A stretch of 63,990 bases of DNA, the filler included, from Basidiobolus ranarum (taxonomy: Eukaryota), in the NCBI GenBank assembly GCA_040143965.1. It is 3 parts of 3 records of this genome, joined end to end, with 100 filler letters (N's around TTAATTAATTAA, not from the genome) between each part and the next. Parts side by side here need not be neighbours in the genome. Positions count along the whole stretch, not along the records: positions 46,880 to 63,990 come from JASJQH010007190.1; 2 more parts are not named here. The stretch is one strand, 5' to 3'. Shown here piece by piece: positions 53,749-63,990 of this stretch. The notes below the pieces were generated by a model, which saw only the letters and a program-made list of their open reading frames with translations, searched no databases and was not told the origin of the DNA. Positions within the stretch are counted from its first letter, which is position 1. Each line of letters begins with the position of its first letter. The position numbers and the translations under genes are program-made.

Positions 53749-54265
53749 ATTTATCTAGTAATTCCAATGTATTCCAACTCGATGTCATCCTTGATTCGAT
53801 ACTATTTATTTCCTCTTGAGTTCATAGCCAAGTTTGATGAGGTTAGCGAAGCATGTCGCTATGGATATCAATGACATGGGGTAGTCCTATTCGCTAATCT
53901 ATTCCCCTAAATGTATGGTTTCCCCTTTGGCTCAAGAGATATTCAATGAATTCATTTATTATTATATTATAAAGATACATATGAATCTCAGACAACGTTT
54001 CATCACAGTATTATGTTAGCAAAGGTCATCGGATACTGGGAATGAGTGATGTATTAGAAAGTGTTGGTGAGGATGGGGGCGAGGGTTGGAATGAAAGTAA
54101 CTTGACCAGCTAGGGGAAGAAATTCCTGTGGGAAGATTGATCTGCCGAGACGAGACTAGAAATACACAAATTTTATGGTAGAGGAAGAGTCTTGAGCGAT
54201 CAAGATAGATTAGGTAGGATTGGTTGGGAAATATAAAGACAAATCAAACAATATCTCGTCAATCA

Positions 54266-57200
54266 TCAGCTCTCTCTATCGCTCCAAGAAGATTCAAGAT
54301 CCCATGGTGCAGAGGTGACATCAAACGTAGGTGAGTCTACAGGGATCTGAGACTCTTGGCTTTCATCTAAGCTACGAGTCAAAGCTCTGATCTTCTCCAG
54401 TATATCAAAGGATTCATCCAATCTGAGTTGTAGTTGATTACTTGATTCTTCTAGTGCACTCTCTTCTGGCTCAGTCTCGAGCATTCTCAAGATTTCCCGG
54501 CGTTGAGAGTTGAAGCTTGATGGTCCGGCTTCAGGTTCCTCCCTTGGCAAGTAAGTGAGCGGAGACCAAGAGGCGGAGTTCGACGATGGTATTTCTTCTG
54601 ATCGTCGTTGTTTATTCCCCAAATAACGTTTGAATAACTCGGATGCTGAAGGACCTCCGCTGTCCGAAAAGATGCTACTACGATTCATACTATCGCTATG
54701 CGAAGGACGTGTAAGAGGAATGGCTGATAACCGGTGATTTCGAAACTCTTCACTTGGGCTACTGTTGTTCAGACGAGATCCAGACATCTCTCCAAGAGAG
54801 TTTGGCATGGATATGGGTCGTTCTCGGCGCGGCGTTGAACGAGCAGAATCAAATGTAAGTTGCGAAGAGTATTCAGAGGCAACTTCATCTTGAGACAAAG
54901 CTTCATCCGATTGAGTGAACAAACTATCTTCAAGGAACGATAGACCAATGAGTCGTCTTGAAATAGACGCTGTGTTCGGAGACTGATGGAAATGTTCAAT
55001 ATCGCGGGTTAAATAAAATCACAACTAGTAGAAGAATTCATACCTGATCCGAGATGGTTTGGGAGGTTGGGACGAAAGAGTTATCAAGGTCAGTGCTTAT
55101 TTCACATTCAATTTCCGAGTGGACAGTCAAATCAGGACTATTTTGATTGCCATAAAGATCATTCAGAGACAGATTGTCACCATCGACACTGTCTGGACTC
55201 TCTAGAAGGCGTTCATCGACAGGGATGCCATTGGGGATTTCCTCTAAACTGGAGTTGTGATCAGCGTCAAGCTGGTAGAGCTCTCCAAGGCTCTGGTGAT
55301 GTTCAAAAGAAGGGTCTAGCGAAGGCCTTTGACTCTCTGTGTCAATGTCATAATGACACATATTACGTCTCGAAGTGCTAGCACCATCATCAACACTTAA
55401 TGGTAGCGATTCTAGCATTAGAAGATAGCGTTAGAAATCTTGAACTCTAACTATATTCCGGTAATTGAGAAATGGAATACCATAACGGCTGATATTGGTG
55501 GGAGTCTTTCCTTTATCGAGAATTGGTGTATGTGGGGCTTCAGTAGTTGATGGGGTATTTATATTGCCGTCACCATCTGCTGAAGAAGCTTTTCTACAAT
55601 CCAAATGATACAACTAGAAGAAGGAAATGACAGAGTTGAGTACTTGGCCACTAATTAATCTTAGGGTAGTCCTACCTTTTCACTGATTTGAATACTGTTA
55701 GGAATTATCCACTTTTTCAGGGACTTGTCGAACTTTTCAACAAAGGGTTGTTTACATGCAGTACATAGTTTTTCTTGTAAATCTGTCGATAGATAGGATA
55801 TACTGTCAGTGGATGATCGTGAATCCTTTCCAGAATACAGCGAGGTGTTTTTCGAGGGAGATATGAAGGAGCTTCTACTTGACAAGGCTTTCTCCAATTT
55901 TTTGATATATCTGAGATACATTGAAAAATGAGCAAAGTTGCGTTCGAACAAACCTTTAAATGTAAACATTACCTTTTTTGATCCAGGCATCGCTGGTAAT
56001 GGGTTGCAGCTCTAACCATATAACGTACACGTAGAACATCTTTGGGCGAAACAAACCCTTTCTCTTTCTAAGATCATATGAAATTATCATCCCATTCTAT
56101 CACAGAGTCTATGAGAAACATGACCACCTACCAAAAACTTAAGCGTACAGAATTTGTTGTATCCCCAACAATCACCCAACCTAAAGTCCGAAGAGAACTT
56201 GCGCTCAAACCCGCCAAGATTCAGCGGATGTTTCTAACAAGATATAAGGGTTAATATTCAATCCTTCTTGGATATTACGTATCGAGTTTTACTAATGCCA
56301 AAGAATACTGATAGGTAGAGGTCTTGTTAGAGCCCATTAGAAGCTCCAAAAACATGGATAAATACACCTCTCCATCATCCTTCACTGTACAATACGTTTT
56401 AGATTAGAGTTTTGGTCTTTAAAGGGGTCTACTGGAAGAACAGTACTTGTATAAACTTTCAGCCGCCAACTAACACCAGAGGACTTTAACGGTCTACTGT
56501 AATAGACAGTATCGGCTTCTACTAGCTGACTATATCAATGGAGAACTTCATCAATGCGAGAAGAAAAAGAACGTTACGAGGCTTACTACCAACCTAAAAT
56601 TCTTGATCTCTACGATGTCGTAGTCGTATGTAGGAGCAAAATCTCGCTGAAATAAGGTGCTCACTCTTTTTTGTTTAAGTTGTTCTGGAATGGAATTTTG
56701 AATCTTCTCTCAAGGTTAGTCTGGTAGAAATCATTCCAAATAAATAAGTGTAGAATTTATCTACTTTGCTCAGAAAGTCCCCGATCTTTTCTTGCTCTTG
56801 AATTAGCTCTACCCAAGAGCAATTAGAGATGGCATCATCAATCTCTTTCAATGCAGATTTTAAGCATTCTTTATCTTTCGTCAGTACGGCTTTTTGTACT
56901 AAATAAGAGTTCATGTGAAATGAGTTAACTTCCAACTTGAACCTAATACTATTTGGAAATATTTACCAAAGAGAGAAGTTTGTTTCTGTTGCAATTGTGT
57001 GGACAAGAGGTTTTGATAATAACGAGTGAGTGATAATAACTCTTGCTCAGCCTATACACCATTCATATGTGAATATTTTCCTAAAATGGGTTCAACATAA
57101 TTCACTTACTTGTGACTTGGCATCTCTACATAAACGTTCACGTAATTCCACATTTTTAATCATTTCCTCAAATTTGACCAGTCTCTGACGAAGCTCTTTA

Positions 57201-57883
57201 CCTTGCTGATTGAGATTGTCGACATGTTGTTCATAGATGGTTTGTAGACGTTCAAATTCATGATCACGATGCTAATAATTCAAATCTAGTTGATATATCT
57301 GACTTATTAACCGATGACTTGATGTCTTACTTACAGTGTCACCAAACATAGCACAGTCCGAACATAAAGCAACTTTACATGTTTTGCAATAATAGGAGAT
57401 TTTGGTTTCGTGCTTTGGACAGATATCCTTAGTAAGTTTCTTATTTCTAGTGACTTCTTCAAGTTGCTTTAATAACAAAAATTGAAAGTGTCAATAACTG
57501 TTATCTTGAGAAATTTATAAGAAAAATAGGAACCAGTCGAAAACTAAGTGACCTACCTGTTGTAAATCATCAATAAATCGACATGTGACAAGTTGAGAGG
57601 CTGTTAAACGAGCTCTACAATGTGGACACTCGGGACGATGTTCACGTATCCATTTCTAAGGGTTCAGTAGGGTTGGAAAGAAAATGGATTATTATGGAAG
57701 TTTTGAAAACTCATATTTGGTAAGGGTTACTTTGATGCAATGTTCACAACATAACTTCGAACAGGTTGGACATAGTACGGCATTTTGTAAAGCACCAAGA
57801 CATATAAAGCAACGAAATACTTCTTCTAAGGGAGTCGTTGGTCTATCAGACTGTAAAGAATTGGTCGCATTTGTGGTCGTCAT
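54266..57883 (-). CDS. TRIM37: TRIM37-like E3 ligase (RING-Bbox-coiled coil-MATH + Zn finger + acidic/Ser-rich tail), about 14 exons
   Basis: [40 protein letters not shown]-box [27 protein letters not shown]|..[54 protein letters not shown]. Confidence 0.88.
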
Positions 57884-58437
57884 TATTCCATTTCCCTCCA
57901 ACTAGAATATAATCTTCTTTGTAATAATGCAGAGTCTGTAAAATAACTCCAAAGTAAAAAAAGAATACTAAACACTTTAGCACAAAACCGCGTGCACACA
58001 ATAATAAATTGTCTCGACTAAAAAGGGACTGAATAAAAGGATGCGTCCAAGGTACAGAAAGAAAACAAGGTGCAGCTACACAACTCTCAACCAATAAAAC
58101 GAGAAGAATAAGACCCTAGCGGAAGCTGTGTAACAGCTGTTAATTCAGAATCCCTGGTAACGGCCTACAAAAATGATAATTTAAGTGACTTTCCTAAACT
58201 TAAACTCTGGCCAAGAAACAATGATCCTAAAATATCACAAGATCGTTATGGAATTCAGTTTGAATGTAAATTGAGTGGTTTTATTTATATAATCAAGCAT
58301 GCAAAATAATCAAGAGTGATAAATGTATACTGAACATACACATACATATATATATACAATGAGTCAATCCAACCGAAAAGTTCATTGGATCCAAACGGAG
58401 TGTACAACACTGAGAATTGGTTAAAAGCCGTCTTCAA

Positions 58438-59811
58438 TTAGACAACGTTACCGCAACGATTAACAACTTCAGAGGTTGACCAACTCTTAATACTAATGTA
58501 GGTAACAAATATCATGACACCAAATCCGAAAAGTGCCAAAAGGATATCTCCAGTCTTGGTCCAGATGCTCTTGGCACAAGTCTTCAAATGGAACATGGAA
58601 GGGTAGATGAACAACAATGGAATACAACCAAAACCACCAATCAACGAAACAAAGTTATCAAGATTGGAGGCACCACCCCAAGCAATCAAAGCCAGACAAA
58701 CACAGAGCATGGCACGGAAGAGATTTTTCTCCCACTTGACCATGGTTGACTTTCTGCCGGATCTACTGCTGAAAACTGCTCCCTCCAAAATTTTGGTGGC
58801 TGGGAAGATCATCAATGGAAGGGTGAGAAGGATGGCCATAACATAACATAATTGGACAACTTTGGTGGTGGGCTGATTTGCTGGCATGTTTAACAAGATG
58901 ATTGTATCAGTGGAACTGCCAAAGGCAGCATAGGAAATGGCACCAACGCTAACAAAGATCACAGTCACTGTGACGATAACTGAGGCAAGAACTGTGGGGA
59001 AACGTTTTGGCTCCTTCATAGAGTTCACCACTGGTAGAACCAAACCGATACCTTCGAAACTGAACAAAGCGGTTCCGATAAACAGTGGAAAATCCTTAGA
59101 ATTGAATAGCTCGAAATCGCCAGCACCAGCAGTAACAAAGTGATCGATGTCAATGTAAAAGATGTAGATGATACCAAAGAGAATGAAGATGTTGGCAATC
59201 AATGAGCCGTACGAGAATGCCTTGATCTTTCTTACCATGGCAAATGGAACGTAGACGGCAAGTTGCATGAAAATGAAGTATTTAACTGGAATATCCACTT
59301 TACATCCAGATAATGTGTGTGTGAGATCATAAAGATTTTGAGCAACGAAAATGAAGTAAGCACAGCAGAAGCCTAGTTGAGAGACGGTAATGGATGTTCG
59401 GACCAAGATTCGTACTGCTCTTCCGTAAAGGATACCACCAATCTCACCAAATTCACCAGGAACTTGGAGACGTACCTTGACTAAAAGCATCATAGCACAT
59501 GCAGTAAGACATCCGACGAGAACAAGAATAATAATGGAAAAGAGAAGACCACCGTTGTAGAAAGCCTTAGGTAAGAAAAGGACACCAGTACCTACGAAGG
59601 CCTTTATCAGTAAGAGGAAGGCTTTTTTAGCCGAGGTTTTTTCCCCAGGCTCTTCAATGATGATACTTGGCTCATCTTCGTCCTCCTCTACGTATGTGGC
59701 AGGTTGCATAGTCAGAGAGTGTCCACCCTCTTCATCTCTACTCGACAGTGTGACTTCAAAATCGGAGTGTTTTTCATTGAACTTGTAGGATTTGGGCAAA
59801 GGTGTGGTCAT
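58438..59811 (-). CDS. AAAP-family amino acid transporter (Avt3/Avt4-like), intronless
   Basis: AFLLLIKAFVGTGVLFLPKAFYNGG, SQLGFCCAY, FIGTALFSFEGIGLVLP, KWEKNLFR, LDNFVSLIGGFGCIPL. Confidence 0.93.
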   Translation of the reverse strand: MTTPLPKSYKFNEKHSDFEVTLSSRDEEGGHSLTMQPATYVEEDEDEPSIIIEEPGEKTSAKKAFLLLIKAFVGTGVLFLPKAFYNGGLLFSIIILVLVGCLTACAMMLLVKVRLQVPGEFGEIGGILYGRAVRILVRTSITVSQLGFCCAYFIFVAQNLYDLTHTLSGCKVDIPVKYFIFMQLAVYVPFAMVRKIKAFSYGSLIANIFILFGIIYIFYIDIDHFVTAGAGDFELFNSKDFPLFIGTALFSFEGIGLVLPVVNSMKEPKRFPTVLASVIVTVTVIFVSVGAISYAAFGSSTDTIILLNMPANQPTTKVVQLCYVMAILLTLPLMIFPATKILEGAVFSSRSGRKSTMVKWEKNLFRAMLCVCLALIAWGGASNLDNFVSLIGGFGCIPLLFIYPSMFHLKTCAKSIWTKTGDILLALFGFGVMIFVTYISIKSWSTSEVVNRCGNVV

Positions 59812-62800
59812 AATGCTAATAACTGTATGGATATTTTAAGATTGCTGCGATTGTTGATTTCAAGATGAGGTTTGGATCAACAGAGAAATGGCCCGGTCAG
59901 TAAGATGCGTTGAGTGCTGTGAATGATTTGGAAATATTGGTCTGAAGTCCTCCCTATATATACCAACCGCACTACAGTCCAACCCATAAAAATTATATTA
60001 GTCGAACAATAACAAACAATAGTATATCACCCATTAATGATGTCAGACATTCTACGATTTACTGTGCAATTTACAGTACACCTCAAAGTGAGCGAAGAAT
60101 TCCAAAAGAAGTCGGAATTCTCAAAACGTAACTATTCTACAATATGAAATTTCCTTTTTTGCCCAGGTACCAAGTCAACTGGTGGTAAAAACGATCGAGC
60201 TAGGAAATATAGATTTTGATGACTTGCTTAGAGTTTGATTGGTTTTCTATTGACTAGGGAATGAGCTCCATATTCGTAGGATTTCCTCGAACTTTAGGTA
60301 GCTTATCTAACTCCCAACCTAAATTATGGTTTCCCAGAACCAAATCAATATAATACTTGGCCTTAGTTTCTTGAAATCAAATGTAAGGCTTGTTCCATGA
60401 AGATTGGAGTAGAAGGTGCATGTAAATGCTAGTAGGTCGGTGTTTCATATCGACTACTATATACGTTAAATTTCTCACTAGCCTTCTCGTTATGCTTACA
60501 ACCATCGTATGCAAGAATTCCCAAACCTGTTAACCCGATCAGTGTTCCAAACGTTTTGTGGTTACGTAGCCTGATTATAGTAAGAAATCAATGTGCCCTT
60601 TCGTGATTACGGGTTTGTGATCAGATAGGTTAGTGAAGTTGAAAACCAGTTATATTACAGGCTTACTAAATGATATTACATTTGACTCGGTAGCTCACCT
60701 TCATTTGTTAGATTCCAAACATTGCTACCAGAACATACACTAATCAGTACTGCTCAAATTATTTTTACAATCACCCAACAGTATCAAGTAGGTTGCGACC
60801 CTGAGTGGAGAGAGAACCCACATTTCTACCGAATCTATATGGGTTGCTGGGTCCCTCACTTGGGTGGTTATAGATTCTCGAACTAAAACCTGCCCCCTCT
60901 GAATGTGGTTCCATGTCCGAAAGTAGCTGAGAACGAAACAACTTCGGAGCTCATTATATTCAAATTTAGCCGTCTGGTCCGGAATCGGACATACCCCATA
61001 TTAGTCTAAAAGAGTGCCAGTTCTGATATATGATTGGTCAGCCTACTTCATATCCTTATCTTAAACCCATACGATCAATTTGAGAATTCGATGCTGTACT
61101 GAACGAACCACCCCCAAATAGGAAGGGTATAGGAGAGTATTACCAGATTAACAAATCAACTCTCAGAATTTTCCTACAAGGGTAGAGGTGATGTAACTGT
61201 AAGGTTTCTCTTTCATTTCATTCTGCACCATTTGAGGTATGGAACCATCTAAAATCATATATTGTGGAATATTTGAATCTGAGGTCTACGCATACTTGAA
61301 GATAAGTTCTGCGAATTTGAGTGGCTATAATACACTACAAATAGAATGTCAAAGGATCCAGAGCGTGGCTTTGGTTAAGTGCCCAATGTGTTTATCATAG
61401 AGATAGCTAATCCTCACTCGTGGGAAACAATCCACATATGAATTACCACCGTCCACATATTTGGAATTGAGAGCCATCTCAAATCTGATCATTAGACGTC
61501 ATAGTGATCGGTCAACAATTGCCTCGTTGTATGTTCAGTAGCAGCTTGTCTGTGAATGAGCCACCAGCAGAACAAATATAGTATTATTGCTACACCTAAC
61601 TCTAACCCAATAATATTAACTGAGGTGGCTAGTGCAAGAGATTACTAAAGTGAAACTGAATTGTACACAAAGACGTCAGAGCTGCTACAATTTGGATATT
61701 CCAATAATTAGCAAAATACATTATGGAAGAGTGCTTAATTCTTATCTTGTCTGCGCCTTATTAGCAAACATCCATCTTCTATACTTGATTTATCACTCCC
61801 TTATTTGGAAAGATCCCACGCATGTTATACAATCCGTACTGTTTTGTTAGATTGACGCAATCATTACTTGAGATTACCCAGAATTTGGATCTACAGTTAG
61901 ATCGTACGTTATGATAGGTTAATAGCTTTTGAAGTTTTCATTCATATTTTGCGCCATCTCCTAACATGAGTTCGAATATTTGTAGTTGGTTGTATTCTAG
62001 TGTTGACTGGCGTTAAAGATATTAGAATTCGTTGATAAAGTATCTATCTCCTATATCCTTATGAACAGTGGCTAAGTAAAGAACATTCCCTGCTTGACTT
62101 TTGAGGATATAGGAAGGGTATATACAAACGAACATCTTTCGCATCTTTAAACTTGCCCGGTATTTGTATTCAAGATGCATCCCTCTAGAGCCTCTCGGAT
62201 CATCTTTTAGTATATTACTCTGGTATGATGTTGCTCTTAGAATACCTGCTATTGAGCATCACATACGCAACTGAATTCTGGAAGTCTCAGCATTATTCAT
62301 AGCTTGTGATAGTACGACGAAGAGATTCAATAGTACTTTATGAGTCATCTTATGTTGACTTAGGTACTAACTACCTCAGGCTAGTTAGAGCGGAGTATAT
62401 ATATGCAGGGTATACTTCATATGTCTTGGACCTACTGCACGATAACTAGGAGTTTTCAAGCTACGTATTTTTTTTATACACACTGAAGATACGAAACCAA
62501 GTAGATTTCCGTTAGTTTCCGCTTATTTCCCAAGTATTTTCCGATGTGTCTGTCAGAATCAATTTCATCCATTGATTTTGTTTCTTCTCGTAGCAGCCAA
62601 TGATTAATGTTTCAATAAATATTTGCCGCATCAGCTATTGACAGAATATTTAGGACTAGTAGAAGAGCTGTGTAATGTTCACAACATTTATATGATTTAT
62701 CCAAGATACATATTCTGATTTCAACTTTCCAAAGTTAGAAGAGAGCTGAAAGTTTGATCCACTTGTTCTGTATACTTTTAGGTACAGGTTATACAGTTCA

Positions 62801-63233
62801 TGCAATTTTACTCACTTGTATTGATATATTGGAGTTAGGCACCTAAATATATATAAATAGGCATACATGTTGTTTCTTTATTCAATTTTCCAGAAGTTAA
62901 AGTTATTATATACACTTTGATATATCTCTGAATTATTTAGAAATATCAAATTTTTCATGTATTTCTTAAACTCTGTTAACTATTTTCTCAATATACTAAA
63001 TCCTTTAGTAGTATATCCATTGTATTTTTCTTCATTCCACAACAGCATATTATTTTCTACTTAAAAAGGCACCGAGGCAAAATCACATACTTTCTCTACT
63101 AAACTTGATCATTTTTCACTCCAAATGCCCACACTTACTTCTACTCTATATCTTGATCAATATAAAGCATCCTTTCTTCCTGTCTAACTCAGATTTTATT
63201 CACAGTGAAGTAAAATACTTTTGATGTGGTAGC

Positions 63234-63851
63234 TGTAAAAGTATTTTGGGAGCCTTTTGGAAGTGGTTTGGAGAGCTATAGAAGTTAGTAGTGTTCATTT
63301 CTTGATTGATTGAGTATTCAGTTGACATATATAGATTTGTCAAGATGTAAACAAATATATGTGTAGAATTTGTCAAGGAATGTCCCAGGTGTTAAAGTAT
63401 TTGGGAGCCTTTTCGAAGTGGTTTGGAGAATTAGAGGAATTGGTAGTTTTCACTTGTTGATTTATCAAGTAGAAAGTTGACATTTATAGTTTTGTCCAGA
63501 TGTAAGCAAACTAACATGTAGAATGTGTTAAGGCTGATCCCAGGAGCATGTGCCAAAGTGTGGGGCTTCTTTGAAAAATATATATATCTGAGAACTTATA
63601 AGTTGGTAAAAATATTCTAAGTAAGCTCATCATGAGAATAGCGGGTGATATCTCAGTGAAATACAGGATACCTAAATACTAAGCTATATATGACTAGGAC
63701 CATGTGTGCAAAGTTTGGGCTTTTTAAAAAATCTATATATCTTCACACTTCTAATTAAATTTCTCTTGAGGCCATATCTTAGCTCAATATGGAACAACTA
63801 AATACCAAGCCACATATGACTATAAAGGTGTTTTGACAATGCTATTCAAGA
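63234..63851 (-). mobile_element. Nested LTRs of the same copia family: an inner LTR (63390-~63696) inserted in an older LTR
   Basis: The outer copy starts tgtaaaagtattttgggagcc, breaks after gtcccagg and resumes at accatgtgtgcaaagtttggg. The inner copy starts tgttaaagtatttgggagcc. Confidence 0.82.
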
Positions 63852-63990
63852 TGTTTAGGCTATGCTTATTTTGACAGTAGCAGCAGTATCAGCAATTTCA
63901 CTGATGACTATATGCTATCTAACTTTAACGTAGATATTACAATGATCAATTAGTAGGCAAGGTATTGCTGGCAACAAATAGAATGTTGTG

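Noticed and set aside
58536-58550. ATATCCTTTT on the coding strand of the transporter
   Set aside because: It lies in an uninterrupted, conserved reading frame (GDILL), and no intron is needed.
60780-60990. GC-richer patch considered as an ncRNA or ribozyme
   Set aside because: No tRNA, snRNA or hammerhead consensus found by eye.

Overview
About 64 kb of AT-rich, intron-rich fungal nuclear DNA with two assembly gaps, each padded with a TTAATTAATTAA spacer. Gene content points to an early-diverging (non-Dikarya) fungus: it has complex I, an AP-4-type sigma adaptin, a TRIM37-like and a YY1-like gene, and U12 introns. A Basidiobolus-like species is a guess. About 22 protein-coding genes can be rebuilt by hand-splicing, several of them missed by the ORF track: ICL1, IRC21-like cytochrome b5, DRS1, AP4S1-like, RIP1, NDUFA13, an RRM protein, PBP1/ataxin-2, CDT2, MPC1, two tandem multi-Myb genes, an MHYT sensor, YY1-like, ERG28, COX4, BOS1, an F-box/LRR protein, PRP43, a SAM tail-anchored protein, a small membrane protein, DCTN3, TRIM37-like and an AVT3-like transporter. 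There is also a decayed Ty1/copia 3' end and a family of solo and nested LTRs. Main points of interest: (1) three minor-spliceosome (U12) introns, two AT-AC and one GT-AG; (2) a decayed NCLDV/Polinton-type D5 helicase fragment inside a broken AIP1 pseudogene; (3) tandem 5-repeat Myb proteins with apparent mitochondrial presequences; (4) a TRIM37-like E3 ligase with a PCF11-like zinc finger; (5) a two-finger YY1-like protein with a REPO/2W-hairpin motif; (6) an isocitrate lyase with a prion-like Q/N/S/H repeat tail of about 180 aa. All calls come from manual reading and remembered family motifs; no searches were run.
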